Notes: generated by a model from the sequence alone, not told the origin. Positions 48,630 to 62,144 are shown, numbered from the stretch's first letter. The stretch: 64,000 nt of DNA from Phoronis australis (GCA_002633005.1 NMRA01000127.1:186001-250000); one strand, 5' to 3'. Numbers and translations are program-made.

Positions 48630-48790
48630 GCAACTATATATGCCCCAATGGGTATATGCCCTGGAGGAATATGTATCCCGTAACTAAACATACCTCACTA
48701 GGTATATGCCCCAGTACAATATATAGCCCACAAGTATATATGTCCCATTAGATATATGCCCAGCAAATTATATGCCACAGAATGTTCTCC
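48630..48790. repeat. Degenerate 16-17 bp minisatellite (TATATGCCC core), probably subterminal repeats of a DNA transposon
   Basis: About 8 TATATGCCC-like units. Confidence 0.6.
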
Positions 48791-49379
48791 ATTGTTCATA
48801 CATTTCACCAAATAAACTCGCCCCACAAATTTACATATATAATCATTTATTGATTTGGCACAAAGTGAAATGCCCAATTATCTTTAACGTCAAATGTTGG
48901 GGATACATGTAGACTATACAAACACTTTGATACTGCGCATCTCACGTCTCTTAGCAGGCTTCAAGTCACCAAAATTTTAGAACGTGGCGATCTTAACAAC
49001 AATTACGACTAATATAACAAAAGTAAACATGAAAGGTTTAGATTAAATCGTGTTTGCTTTCTTCCCACAAAACGTCTTATACTGTACGTATAAAATAGTA
49101 AAACTAGTAAAGATAAAATGACGAGCGTCGGTACTACACTATATAAAATATTCCCCACCTATAGTTCTATCCGTCGGTAACTGCGAAGCATTCCAGCATC
49201 TATTTGATTCGACTTCTACATAGAACACCTTCTCATTTGAAATGAGCTTTTCTCAAATAAATGAGATTCTAAAAAAGGACTTAAATTGAATACTTAATTA
49301 TCGAGACAATATCACACTTTCAAATTCACTAATATTTGTGGGGGCAATTGAACTGATAAATCAAGTCAGTTTTGGCTAA

Positions 49380-49910
49380 CACTCGGACAGACTTTGAGCA
49401 CATATTGTTTTTAACAACAAGATCTTTAGTTTTATGGTTTTGGTAATACATAATTAACTTAAAGCTATATTCTGGCTTAACGGTCTTAACATTATTATGG
49501 GTGATCCGTTTTAAAACTCGTTCATCTTCAATATAACGTGAATGGAATTAGTTGCGGTAGAATAGTTTCTTGGTACAACCACTTGTTTGTTTTAAACACA
49601 TAGGCTTCTGCAATCGGCTTATGAAAAGCTTCATATTCTCATCAACAAACTTATTGCTGTAACCGTTATTTATCATAATTTGCTTAATGTGATTACACTC
49701 AGTGTTGAAGGTTTTCCAGTCTAAGCAAACGGAATATGCTCTTTTCAAAAAGCTTGTCAAAACAGAGACTTTATATCTCATAGGACATTGGCTAGTTTCA
49801 TGTAAACAAACCCCATCATATGTAGGTTTCCTGTATACTGAGGTTTTAATGTCAGATTCATCATAATCAATAAGAACGTGTAAGAACGGTACCTTGTTGT
49901 TAAGCTTTAA
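49380..49910 (-). mobile_element. Penelope-like element RT C-terminus and linker
   Basis: KVPFLHVLI...TSVYRKPTYDGVCLH..SQCPMRYKVSVL..FLKRAY..C.....ECNHIKQIMINNGYS. Confidence 0.85.
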
Positions 49911-52900
49911 TTATAAAACCTGAAACTCCTGACATAATTTCCCAAGCTACTGGGTTCCATCGTACCTTGTCGTTGTATAAATAATGTTCATAAGTTGTAA
50001 CACCTATGTATTTTATTAAATTTTACAACGTTTCATAGTACATTAGTTTCCATGGGAATTCCTTCTGTAATTGCGCTCTTATGTATGCAACCTTATATTC
50101 GTGTTCAATGTCATTGTTCTTGTTTCATGTATTTTACACGATAGCGTTCAAGATTTTTAAATTTATTTGCCTTTGATGACTTATTTATAGTCGAAATATC
50201 GCTACTGTTTTATTATGAAATGTTTTGTACATATAGATTATTACATGGCGAAGTCGTTATCCCCCGTTATCTAGAGCCCGAGTGGATTTTGGAGAATTAT
50301 TGCCCGAGGGGCAGACCGTTTTCAATTTTAAGAAACTCCCACCCGGCCCTTCCTGATTCACCCATGTGAAGTCGCATGTTTCCCTACTCTGAGAAAACAA
50401 GCACCAACTTCTTTTATCTGTTCCATTGCCACTTGAACTGAAAGGATTGACAAGATAGATTCGCCTCTGGAAAATAATCAAAAATGCCAATAGACACGAA
50501 ATGCTGTCTATAGTTCGAAAACATTAGGATTCTATGGCCGGAAGGATCTATAGTCCGAAGAGTCAATATTCGGAATAGAAAAGTTGTTGATAGTTTTCTA
50601 CATTATTCCATAATCTACAGAATGAAATGTCTTCAGAATTTCAGATAATTTCACATCATATTTTTCATCATTCGATCACAAATTTTTCGTAAAGCCCTAT
50701 TAAGCAGACAAAGTTCTCACTCTTGAAATGATGGCCATTCAACGAACAGCAATCTGAACAAGCTACGAACATTTGGTTTAATGTTGCGAATTATTCTTGG
50801 TAACTACCAAGTAGGTAACGCAAGATAAAATTCCCATTAAGTCTTAGGACTATTGTCCAATCGAGCCACACACCGATTGCACCAACGTTCCGTTATTGGG
50901 TCTAAGCAAACGTCAGATATATCATATCACGGAATTCAAGACAATGTTCTTAATTACAATAAGCATCTGATTAAATATTTATAGAGACCTAACAAAACTG
51001 TACGGGAACGCCATATTTGAACGATTGATTCAAGTTTTCATAAAACACATCCTGTAAACTATAAGGCAGCAGCGTGAAATGACACCAGGTTTTACTTTTT
51101 GACTTATACACAACAAAGCGGACTAAGCGATTCCCTTAAAACCTGCTAAATTTTAATATACTGACCACATTTTTGTTCTATCATATTTGAAGATATGCTA
51201 GTATATGTGGGAAATTTTTCATTGTAGATGCATATGAATGTAATACTTCACTCGCAAAATTCTTAATGCGAAAGTATTAAAAAGCTGCGACTTGAAGGAT
51301 ATGTGACAACGACCTTAGTTGTAATAACATATAAATCCATAGTTCCAATTTATGGTCCAGAACGTGTTTATTCACAAGTTTTCTGTAAAACCTGATAATA
51401 ATGTATAGTGAATATCTAGACGCTGAGGCTGCAATTTAGAGACCAGTGGTTCGATTCCTAGTTGGTGCTCCTGATTTTTCAGTATAAGTTTACACCTGCT
51501 TCTGTGTTAAATGTTTCTGGTGTTCCTTTCACAATTTCTTAAATAAAATGTTTAACTTGCATACTAAATCATCTGTATATCATTTTTAGTTTGCGTCTTT
51601 GACACACTAAGTGAAATTTTGAATACCACTGTACTCATGCTCAATATTTATAGGTCATCGAGATATGGGTCTCAACCATGTTTCAATAATTTTCAATTTG
51701 TACTTTTTGACGCAATGAACCTTGCTGCACTTAACGCCTCAGGTGAAACGTTAGAACAGTGGAGGGTTTTGCAGGTATCTCTAAATGATGTTACTTTTAT
51801 TCCCACTTCTTTGTTTTTTCATTAAGAAACGCCTATGTAAAGGTAAATATAATTTAAATTAATTCAGTCGAGTGAATATGCATGCATGTGAATGAGTGTA
51901 TGAAAATAAGTCCTCCCCTTCCCCTTTCCTCCCTCCCCGCCCCTTCCGCCTTTATAATAATCTCATGTTTTCGTCTGCCTTATCACTACAAGTTATTTTT
52001 ATTTTCAAAATACGTATTTGTTCTGTGGAATTTATGATGTATTTTTGTTGTAAGGATATGTAGCTGGACCCACCCAATCTCAGGCATATCCACTAATCAT
52101 AAATACTATTATTTCTGGGTAAATAAATCTATTTAAAACATTTTTAAAAATCACTTGCCTTGAGAAAACTTCCTGAATATTCTAGGAGAATCTTCCAGAC
52201 GGCCAATACTTTGCCTGTACATACACCTCAACCTGAGAAAATATGTGAAATCAATCAAAACTATTCCTTCAGTTGTATTTCAATAACACCTTCTGTTCTG
52301 ATCAGTTTGTTTGCAACTTCCATGGTCGTTTTTTGGTAGATCTCTCCTGTAAAAGTGCCCCTTAATGACTTTAATTATATGCTGTTTGCTATACTCTCAG
52401 CAATGACATACTTAACAGTAACTTCATTAAGCAACTTTGTTTTAAGCCCATGAAGAAAGAAGTCCTTTTCAGGTATATAAGGAAGGAAAACTACAAATCT
52501 ATGGATTTTTTTGTTAAAGAAATACTTTAGCTCATAATAAAGCCGGTGGTTGGATTTTGAAATCAATTTACGAGGGACAGATGTGAATATTTGGCCACAT
52601 CTTCTGCACTACTAGTAATTCCTAGGACCATACCAAATGCATGTTATGCATGATGCCAATGTGATCAAGAATTTGCAATTATTTAAATAATCAAAATATT
52701 AGGAATTTGAAAGACTTACCATAGACGTGGCTCTCGAAAGTGTCATATTCTTCACAAATATGCTCGTTCGGTACAAAACCAAGTAACTTGATCACAGTGG
52801 CTAAAGGATCAAGGTATCCGGTGAAAGGGCTCAGCATATACATTGGAAACAACAGCCAGCATAGAATGAGTTTTAAAACCTGTTCTCGGGCAAATATTTT

Positions 52901-53239
52901 CAATTTAAAGCTCCTTTCGCATAAGTCGATTGTTCTTGAGCTCCTACGAGTCTTTACAGGTAGCAAAAATTGACAGTTCCTTAGAAGCTGGCTAGTATTA
53001 CGCCCCACTTTCGGACTATCTACGGTACCTTACGGGTTATTTACGAGTTATTCCGGTGTATTTATAGCACCATTTCAATTTGTTGGTGCGGCTAATTATT
53101 GTTTTCTTATGGGTAATTTACTACTTCACGCATTGTGTCGATTCATCGACGCTTTTTGCATTAGTTACGATCTGTCTGTGATGCTCCTACTAATAGTTAC
53201 GAGCAAGTTACAGATACTACTGCCATTTTAACGAAAGGT

Positions 53240-53850
53240 TTATTTTATGTAATAGGCTTCTGGCCCACTTTACAACTATATAATACTTAGAGAGTACAAG
53301 ATTTTTCAAATCTAAATTAATTCATATGAAGGAACTCATTTCGACGTTTCTCCGCATTAATTAAATATCTAGCAACTTTTCTTAGGACAATTAAATCATG
53401 AGCTTGTACAAAATTTCTGAACACTATCTCGTCCACTTCAATGTATCTTGGTAAGAACAACACTCGTAGATCAGAATATAAATGGCATTCGACAAGAAAG
53501 TATAATTCTGTTTCCACTTTGCCATTGTCACAGCAGGGATATATTCTCCCCTCTCTATCAAGTCCACTAGGTCTTCCCTGAATAATCATTAAAGAATGCG
53601 CTGAGCATCTAAATCTTGCGAGGGCTACTCTGTGAAAACTATTTTCTAGATATGTTATGTAAATTTCTACTACAAAATTACATTTACCGATTTTTTAAAC
53701 ATGTAACGATTGAGAAAATATATTGTCTATCCAATCCTAGATGTCCATGTCAACTCATCATTGTTGAAACTCACTTATAAATGAGGCAGCATCGCCTACA
53801 TCATGTTTTATCCAAACAACTCCAAAACCATAAGCAAATAACAATCGTTT
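53240..53850 (-). mobile_element. Non-LTR retrotransposon 3' end with zinc knuckle (RTE-X/L2-like)
   Basis: YGFGVVW...ALARFRCSAHSL.I..GR....REGRI..CC...VETE.YFLVEC.LYSDLR, followed by an AATAAA tail. Confidence 0.8.
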
Positions 53851-53944
53851 ATTGGGGACAAATAAAACAACGAGAATAATAAATATTTTAAGTTGTATTG
53901 GGAATTTCAGGGTCACAGCTCTACAAATAAATATTTCACAGAAG

Positions 53945-54325
53945 GAACCAGATGGGTTCCTTAATTACAAGAGATAACACACACACATTTCCGATACCCA
54001 AAGTGTAACTGAGTATCGGATACTAAGTGGCACAGGTTAGCATAGTACCAAATGGGTACATAATACCAAATGGGTATTGGCCGATTGCCTACCAACTGGG
54101 TCGAGCAAAGCGGCAAATTCAATAACAAGTACCAAGTGGGTACAAACTGCCAAATGGGCAAATATCATATAAAGTACCAAGTGGGTACACCAAACAGCCA
54201 ACTGGGCTATAACAACCTGCAAAGCAGGTTCCGGACAAGCTGAGTGAGCAGACCAGCCGGAGTGATAAAAAGAGATATTGTAAGGAACGTGGTGTTGTGG
54301 CTCAGTATGTGCCAAATGGGCAGGG
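53945..54325. repeat. Degenerate minisatellite with CCAAATGGG/CCAAGTGGG core
   Basis: About 10 units at irregular 18-25 bp spacing. Confidence 0.65.
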
Positions 54326-57300
54326 TTGTTCATGGATGAACAATCCTGTCCACCGCCACAACTCACGTGGGGGCCGTGACCCTGGTAGGGGAGTGACAGT
54401 GGATGGGAGAAAAAAGTAGTCACAAGCAATGAGAAAAGGACTAATACCAGTACCGGATTTGACTACATATTGATTGAAGCTGCCCCCCCCCCGCCCTCCG
54501 GGATGCAGGCACGATGTTAGACTTGGGGCACGGCACACGAAGACAGATTGGATACCTCACGGTGAACAGTACCGCTCCCGCCAAGCTCGAAGCCCAGCCA
54601 CACCCTGGTCGCCGAGAGAAAGTTGTGATTGCTGCACATTAGAGGCAACTCTACTGACCCCATACCACACTCACCTAGCAGACACTGCTATGCTTTAACT
54701 ACAAGGGAAATTGCACCACATAACGGTGCAAGCACAAACCTACCTGGAGGACCTGCGGTGGTTCCCACCCGAGCATCGCATGGCACAGGACCACCCTACA
54801 CTCCCGGCCGGGCTTTCCCCGGGTCCAAGCCGCCCCCAAAGGTCAACTAACCCTCACTCATATCGCGGCAAATCCTAGCGAAATTCAGCCGGTTTAGGGC
54901 ACACTTTAGTACCCCAAGTTTAGTGCCCCTCCAATTATTACGAATCTAATGCATCCTGTACATATATGAGCTAGGGTAGAGCAGCCGAAGAGAACTGACG
55001 TTCAGGTTCCTATGTGCGAAGGTGTTGGTATTGCGGTGGAACAATTAACTTGCGTACCAGAAGAGGTAAGCGTTGTGACAATGGCTGGGGAGTGACCTTA
55101 CACGGAAGCGTGTACTGTTAGGGAAACTGTGCAGTAGTAGAACATGTAATGGTTTTTCATGGTGGACATAGTTGAAACAGATGCTGCTCGTGTCATTGCA
55201 TAGTAAATAGGTGATCTATCGTTTTGTTCCTATATCTTGAAAGTACAGAACCGAATAGGGGGATTGTATTTTCATTGGTGATTCTAGGAATGTGAATACA
55301 TAAACAATGAGATGCCGTGCTTGGTTATTTTATGAGATCTCGCAAACTAGAATTTCTAATTGGTCAGTTGTTTCGATTGCAATAATTGTTTTGTTAATCC
55401 AGAATTTGGTTGTGTAAAAACGTGTAATATATTTTCAAGCAGGATTTATTAGGAGTGTCTTCAAGCAGGGGTATTTTAAATAACTTGCGTATTGGATTTG
55501 TGTAGGCAAAGTACATGCAGTGTGAGTTGGTAGTTATTAAGGCACGTTTCTGGAGGAATTTTAGTGTGCTGGCATCTTTAAATTCCCATATTGTGAAGAC
55601 AAGAGTGAGCGTGGATCACGAGTTGTGAATCGTTGTCAGTGCAAATAAAGGCAGATGCTTGAGAGTTGATTGAGCACGTCACTTGTTTGTCCGACTTGTT
55701 TGTGCCAGATTAATATGTTCAGACGAAGATGAAGAGACGTCAAACGTTCTTCTCAATGTTTTAACAAAAGTTAGGTTTTGGCTGTTAATAATAGGCTTGT
55801 GTATTAAGACTTATGTTATTTTTTCTGAGGGAGGTGGAGTACCTCGTATTTAATTTTGGTGACATTTATCGACATTTGATTGATAACCATGTGAATATAT
55901 TTGTTGGACAAAAAGATTGAAGCTGATTAGTTGCCAAGATTGAATAAAACTGGTCAGTTTGAAGGTAATTTATAGCTTGAAAAAGGTTACACTGTCAGGA
56001 GTATTCAGATTCATCTAATTTAGTGTCGTAGAAAAGTGCTCAACTTGGAACTTGAGCATAAGATAAACGAAAGCAAGCTAATTGTTCCGCAAGTGCGCGC
56101 TATTATCAATCTGTTGTCTGAAATTGCTACAAACAGTCCCCCATTTCTAACACCTTTCACTTGCTGTCGGGGCTCAAATATCATCTTCACTTTGTTGACT
56201 TTTAAAATATTCCGGGATTGCGTGAGGTGTCGTCAAAACTCCAGCCAATCAATTCGTTTCCCAGTATTTCCTCATTTGATTACTCGACTGTTTCCTCGTT
56301 GTCAGCGCGTGCCAAATAAACAGTTTTGTTTCGTTTCCGTTTTACGACAAATATTCAGGGTTTCAATATTTGCTTAATTACCGGTAGCTCATTGGAAACG
56401 CTCTTAATTGCACAGTGGTAGCCTAGCATACACAGCGTGTGACCTACAGTGAGACATTCAAAACTGGATCTGGTGAATGTGATGAAAGTGTCACATCTGG
56501 ACACCCGCTTAATAATCAGGAACTGGCTACAAACACTCAGAAAAAATTCACCCACACTAAAAACGTAGTAAACTTTAGAATACGAATTCAAGACTGCAGC
56601 CAGAAAGTTGTTTTACCTATTCCCAAAAATGCGTGTTCCGGCCGTAAAACCGATAACTAGATAATCGTCATGGCGTATTTTGTGGTGAATTTTCCTTTTG
56701 ATTCGCTTATGCATGACATAGCCACATTTTATGCCAGACGGATCACATAATGCAAACATCTCCTGGACACATCTCAGCGACCTCACAAGCATTATTTGTT
56801 TGCCACATGGAGGTGCATAGGCAAAATGTAGGACAACGTAGCATACCGTGCACTTATTCCTCAATAGTTGGTCTCCGACCTTGAGGTTATGTTATAACAT
56901 TCACGGCAAGCTATATGTTGCAGATGACAAAAGATCTTTTGTCTTTTTACCAGCACGTGTGGTAACAACTGACTTCAGACTGGGTACCCAAACGAAAATA
57001 GGCCTACTTACATCGATATCCTCCTCCCAAACAGCGCAAAGGTTTGATAAAGCCTTTTCGGTAGTCACGTACAATTTATGCCACATGATTGTTCTCTGAA
57101 TAGTCGTATTGGAAAAAAGACATAATATGGGATCATCTCAATTCATGGAATTGTAAACTCAATTCAAATCTGGAAAACGTGGCGATTAGAATAGATGGTT
57201 ATTTTCAAGCTCGAGCATAAAAATTCTATTTGCTAACCCGGCGATATAGTGCGCTTCGCTAACGTTACAAGCGGTACATGTACTGGCGCATTCTATTTCT

Positions 57301-58086
57301 AGGTGGCACTCAACAGTTTTTGTTGATTTTGGGTTTGGAAAACCACCAGATACAATAGTCTATTCCACGGGATGTACAAAACCTGGAAATTTTAATTGTA
57401 TACTGAGCCAAAATCTTCTAAAACCTTGCTCAAAATCTACTGAAACCATAGATTATAAACAACAGATTCGCAACTCCGACATTTTCTTCCGTGCTAGCCA
57501 AGAGGCACCTCCACTCTAATAAATTTTCTGGTGCAGTTTCCGGTTAGTGTATTTTGACGATTAATATTTGCATCTACTTTACTGTCCAGTACAACGAAAA
57601 AAAATATTAATTTCGGCATTGAAGCGCTGTTCAAAGTCTTTCAATAGTAGAAGTGTGGTAATTAATTACAAAATTCAAACTTCGGTGCCGACTGATTGTG
57701 TCGTCTGCTTGCCCAGTAGCATAACAGCGAGGAGTGTAGAAGAGTTCCTACTCTCCTTGATAGCAGCATAGTTATCGGACAGTTTGTGATTTATGGTCAT
57801 AGCCATAGGCCTGAGAAAACTACGAAAGCATGTTTGTGCACCAATTCCAAGTAGTACCTGTGAATGCAAAAGATACTTATATAACGTTTTTGGTTTAGAA
57901 AAATATTGATTTTGTTCGAATTAAAAAATGCGCCTCTGCAACGATTTGACTAGTTTAACCTTTGCATGTTTGTAATTCAACATTCTCAAGTGAGCAGTTC
58001 TCCTGGAAAGAGTTGAGTGGTCCTTAAAAGGGCCGTTGGTGGTAGTGTGCATGAGCCTTATAGCGTGAAAGGGTTCTTAAAAGAAC

Positions 58087-58650
58087 TGTAGTAGAATAGT
58101 GGAGAATAACTCGACTTAGTAGCAGCGTTGTGTTGTGTTGTGGACAGTCTCGGTCCGTCAGTGAGATGGTTGTATTCAGTAACTAAGTGTGGAACACTCA
58201 ATTACACTAGTAATGCAACTGGCAGTAGCAAGATGAGGACTGTCTTTATTAGACAAGTGAACGGATTTATATACAAGTCACAAATATGTGGGTTGCATGC
58301 ACTAAACTTTATGATTCAATATCCTACATGAAAATAACAGGAAGCAACTCTAAAACTTTCACAACAATCATCTGAACTACTCTGTTGTGTTTGCCATATA
58401 TGGTAATGGTCAGCTGTCTTTAGGCAATGTTTCTGTGAATGACCATTACACAATCTTGTTTACTACAGAGATCATCAAAACATGTGTGGATGCACCGGAT
58501 GGGTTGGTCGCTGACTCAGCTGACAGCCAAAACAAGTTTCTATAAACAAAAACAATTGTCTAGCAAAGAAATAATATCAATAAGTAATAACACTATCAAA
58601 CTAACATACTAAGAATTATATGTATCATGAATGTCACAGATTTCATGACA
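58087..58650 (-). mobile_element. Solo LTR
   Basis: TG...CA termini, exact 5-bp TSD AGAAC, empty site in the 32030-32055 copy; minus-strand TATATAA and AATAAA at about 58245-58272. Confidence 0.8.
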
Positions 58651-58666
58651 AGAACCGTTGAATAAT

Positions 58667-58984
58667 TCAACATAAATCACACAGTATACCGTGCTCACTC
58701 AAGTACTGAAGGTCCTCTTCATTCAAGTTTTCATCAGGGAAGGCTGGATGAAAACAGAGGAGATGACAATATCGATGACAGTTGTAACACCTTAAATAGA
58801 TATTACCGTTCACCAACGTTGTCACGAACCCTGCCTCGTTCAGCTCTTGTTCCTGTATCCACAAATAATCCTGAACTGTAGGGAAAAAATGAGAGACAAC
58901 ACAACGAATCAAATTTCGAAAATCATCGCCTTCGTGCAATTCCGTGTTGCTGTCACCAGACTGATGTTCTTTTCCAACGTCCAT
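58667..58984 (-). CDS. Element-borne 105-aa acidic PHD-like zinc-finger protein
   Basis: Open ORF with RCVVS...CYNCHRYCHLLC...CDLC* (C-x2-C-x4-H-x2-C...C-x2-C). The second Cys is Ser here but Cys in the other copy. Confidence 0.55.
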   Translation of the reverse strand: MDVGKEHQSGDSNTELHEGDDFRNLIRCVVSHFFPTVQDYLWIQEQELNEAGFVTTLVNGNIYLRCYNCHRYCHLLCFHPAFPDENLNEEDLQYLSEHGILCDLC

Positions 58985-60007
58985 GTAGAAAATCGACGTT
59001 GCAAGTGATGGAAACTTCTCTACACTCTCGTCCTTTGTTTCTAACCTTTAACCCATTTTTTAATAAAGGGGTGTACTGTTTTTGTCTCGTGTTGATAGTG
59101 CATAACTTTTGGTTTTACAATGTATTAATCGTGTTAAATGCATATATATGAACTGGCTTAATTGAGATGCACAGCAAATAAATGTACTATAACACATTAA
59201 AGTTTTGAAAATATAAAGAGCAGTAACAGACACCCTAAAAATCAGGCTTGTTTTCGAAAGGTTTGCGCCTTTGGTGTCCTGATTGGTTGAATCGCTTGCG
59301 GCGGGAAAATGATAGACCCAGTTATTGTGCGAGTGTGCACTGTAGCAATGCTTTGTGTCTTAGTTTTATTAGTCTAATCTGTTGATACAGTAAATTTCCT
59401 TATTTATGCCTGTAGTGTACAGTCGCACGCACATTAGATGTCTCTCTTGTTGTTGTTGTTGACCCAGCGGTTTACACACGTATAATAATAATACCGTAAC
59501 AATGGCTCATAAAACTTTATTTATGATATGATACGATAAGATACGGCAAGATACGGCAAAATACGGTGAACGATTTACGATTCACGATACGGTTAAACCT
59601 GAAACAATTAATAAAGATAATGCAATATCTAATACAAATTGAAGTACCAAATACATCATACTAAAATACAGACAATTGCATATCTAGTAATATTATACCA
59701 ACTCACAATTTGGCAAACAATAATTAGCAGAAACTTGTAGTTACAACAATTTCTATTATAACACTTTCTATGAGTTAATCAAATAATCAAAGAACTGAGA
59801 ATAGTTGTTTCTAAAGTCAAAATTTATAGTAAAACATCAAGAAACAAAGTTGTCTCTTACCAACGCTGGGTATCTGTGATATTTTTGAAGCAAGCAGCAG
59901 CCTCTCTCCAAGCAATATGAATTCTAGAGTAGCTAACAGAATATTTATACTGAACACAAGAAAGGTGGGCGAGATAATTCAAAACATGAAAACCCACAAA
60001 CTTCCTC

Positions 60008-60718
60008 NNNNNNNNNNNNNNNNNNNNNNNNNNNNNNNNNNNNNNNNNNNNNNNNNNNNNNNNNNNNNNNNNNNNNNNNNNNNNNNNNNNNNNNNNNNNN
60101 NNNNNNNNNNNNNNNNNNNNNNNNNNNNNNNNNNNNNNNNNNNNNNNNNNNNNNNNNNNNNNNNNNNNNNNNNNNNNNNNNNNNNNNNNNNNNNNNNNNN
60201 NNNNNNNNNNNNNNNNNNNNNNNNNNNNNNNNNNNNNNNNNNNNNNNNNNNNNNNNNNNNNNNNNNNNNNNNNNNNNNNNNNNNNNNNNNNNNNNNNNNN
60301 NNNNNNNNNNNNNNNNNNNNNNNNNNNNNNNNNNNNNNNNNNNNNNNNNNNNNNNNNNNNNNNNNNNNNNNNNNNNNNNNNNNNNNNNNNNNNNNNNNNN
60401 NNNNNNNNNNNNNNNNNNNNNNNNNNNNNNNNNNNNNNNNNNNNNNNNNNNNNNNNNNNNNNNNNNNNNNNNNNNNNNNNNNNNNNNNNNNNNNNNNNNN
60501 NNNNNNNNNNNNNNNNNNNNNNNNNNNNNNNNNNNNNNNNNNNNNNNNNNNNNNNNNNNNNNNNNNNNNNNNNNNNNNNNNNNNNNNNNNNNNNNNNNNN
60601 NNNNNNNNNNNNNNNNNNNNNNNNNNNNNNNNNNNNNNNNNNNNNNNNNNNNNNNNNNNNNNNNNNNNNNNNNNNNNNNNNNNNNNNNNNNNNNNNNNNN
60701 NNNNNNNNNNNNNNNNNN
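60008..60718. other. Assembly gap (711 N)
   Basis: Run of N. Confidence 1.
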
Positions 60719-62144
60719 CCTGCGAACGGTTTAGGAGATACAGCCATAGGCGCAAAAAAACAAAACTGCCACTAGGAGGCGCCACAGTAGTCGAAATCGT
60801 CGGAAAATCATCGTCAACCATCCTCTACATAGTAAGCATATACATGCCAATTTTCACAATCATCCTTTGAGCGGTTTGGTTGATAGAGGGGTGGACGCAC
60901 AAAAACAGACTCGAAAACACTAAAAATGGCCACTAGGTGGCGCAAACTATGTCGAATCCATCTGAAAACGGGAGGATAGCGTCATCTCACTAATAGGTGC
61001 CTACATACCAAATTTCATGAAAATCCATTAAGGACTTGTGAAGATACAAAGGTAAGCGTAAAAAAATTAAAATTGCCACTAGGGGGCACACCGGTAGTCG
61101 GATCCGTCCAAAAGTCGTCATCTTCCGTTGTTAACATCATATAAATATACTTACACAATTTCGTAAAAATCCTGCGAACGGTTTAGGAGGTACAGCCATA
61201 GGCGAAAAAAAACTTCTACTAGGAGGCGCCACAGTAGTCGAAATCGTCGAAAAATCATCGTCAACCGTACTCTACATAGTAAGCATATACATGCCAATTT
61301 TCACAATCATCCTTTGAGTGGTTTGGTTGATAGAGGGGTTGACGCACAAAAACACTCGAAAACACTAAAAATAGCCACTAGGTGGCACAAACTATGTCGA
61401 ATCCATCTGAAAACGGGAGGACAGTGTCATCTCATTAATAAGTGCTTACATACTAAATTTCATGAAAATCCGTTCAGGACTTTTGAAGATACAAAAGTAA
61501 GCTTAAAGAACTAAAATTGCCACTAGGGGGCACACCGGTAGTCGGATCCGTCCGAAAGTTCGCACATGCCGTCCCATTCATGAATGGAACATATGTGCCA
61601 ATTTTCATGAACATATGTCAAAGGGTTTTGGAGATAGAGCAGCGGACGCCGGACGCCAGACGCCGGTCGCCGGACGGACACCGCCCGTACGGACGGACGG
61701 ACGGACGGACGGACGGACAGACGGACGGAGATGATGGCATAATGCGTCCACATATAAATATGTGGGCGCATAAAAAAGGCCACTAGGTGGCGCAAACTAT
61801 GTCGAATCCATCTGAAAACGGCAGGATAGCGTCATCTCACTAATACGTGCCTACATACCAAATTTCATGAAAATCCGTTCAGGACTTTTGAAGATACAAG
61901 GGTAAGCGTAAAAAACTAAAATTGCCACTAGGGGCACACCGGTAGTCGGATCCGTCCGAAAGTTCGCACATGCCGTCCCATTCATGAATGGAACGTATGT
62001 GCCAAATTTTATAAACGTGTCAAAGGGTTTTGGAGATAGAGCAGCGGACGCCGGACGCCGGACGGACGCCGCCCGTACGGACGGACGGACGGACGGAGAT
62101 GACGTTATAATGCGTCCACATATAAATATGTGGGCGCATAAAAA
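60719..62144 (+). repeat. Helentron/HINE (pearl/DINE-like) element with internal tandem array and duplicated 3' end
   Basis: About 150-bp subunits (GCCACTAGG) in a 452-bp higher-order period (60719/61171), (GGAC)n microsatellite, and hairpin ATGCGTCCACATA-TAAA-TATGTGGGCGCAT plus A-run at 61742-61777 and 62110-62144. Confidence 0.75.

Larger units (their letters stand above)
57447..59410 (-). mobile_element. Inverted partial copy of the P/Galileo-like element (matches 31280-32516)
   Basis: Starts CATAGATTATAAACAACAGATTCGCAACTCC, the reverse complement of the 32516 end; homology stops at ttatttatgcc (59410). Confidence 0.85.

Noticed and set aside
51400-51480. Possible tRNA gene (GGTTCGATTCC)
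   Set aside because: Only a B box is recognisable and no complete cloverleaf forms; at most a SINE relic. 47565-47660 is likewise a SINE head, not a tRNA.
53945-54325. Short repeats with variable spacers resembling a CRISPR array (also 48630-48790, 50500-50580)
   Set aside because: Cores are only about 9-11 bp, degenerate and irregularly spaced; no cas genes; eukaryotic context.
56613-57086. Two same-frame minus-strand ORFs forming about 155 codons
   Set aside because: Interrupted by stops, with no recognisable motif and no second copy for support.
59857-60870. Three long ORFs of 280-317 aa
   Set aside because: Artefacts of translating through the 711-N gap.
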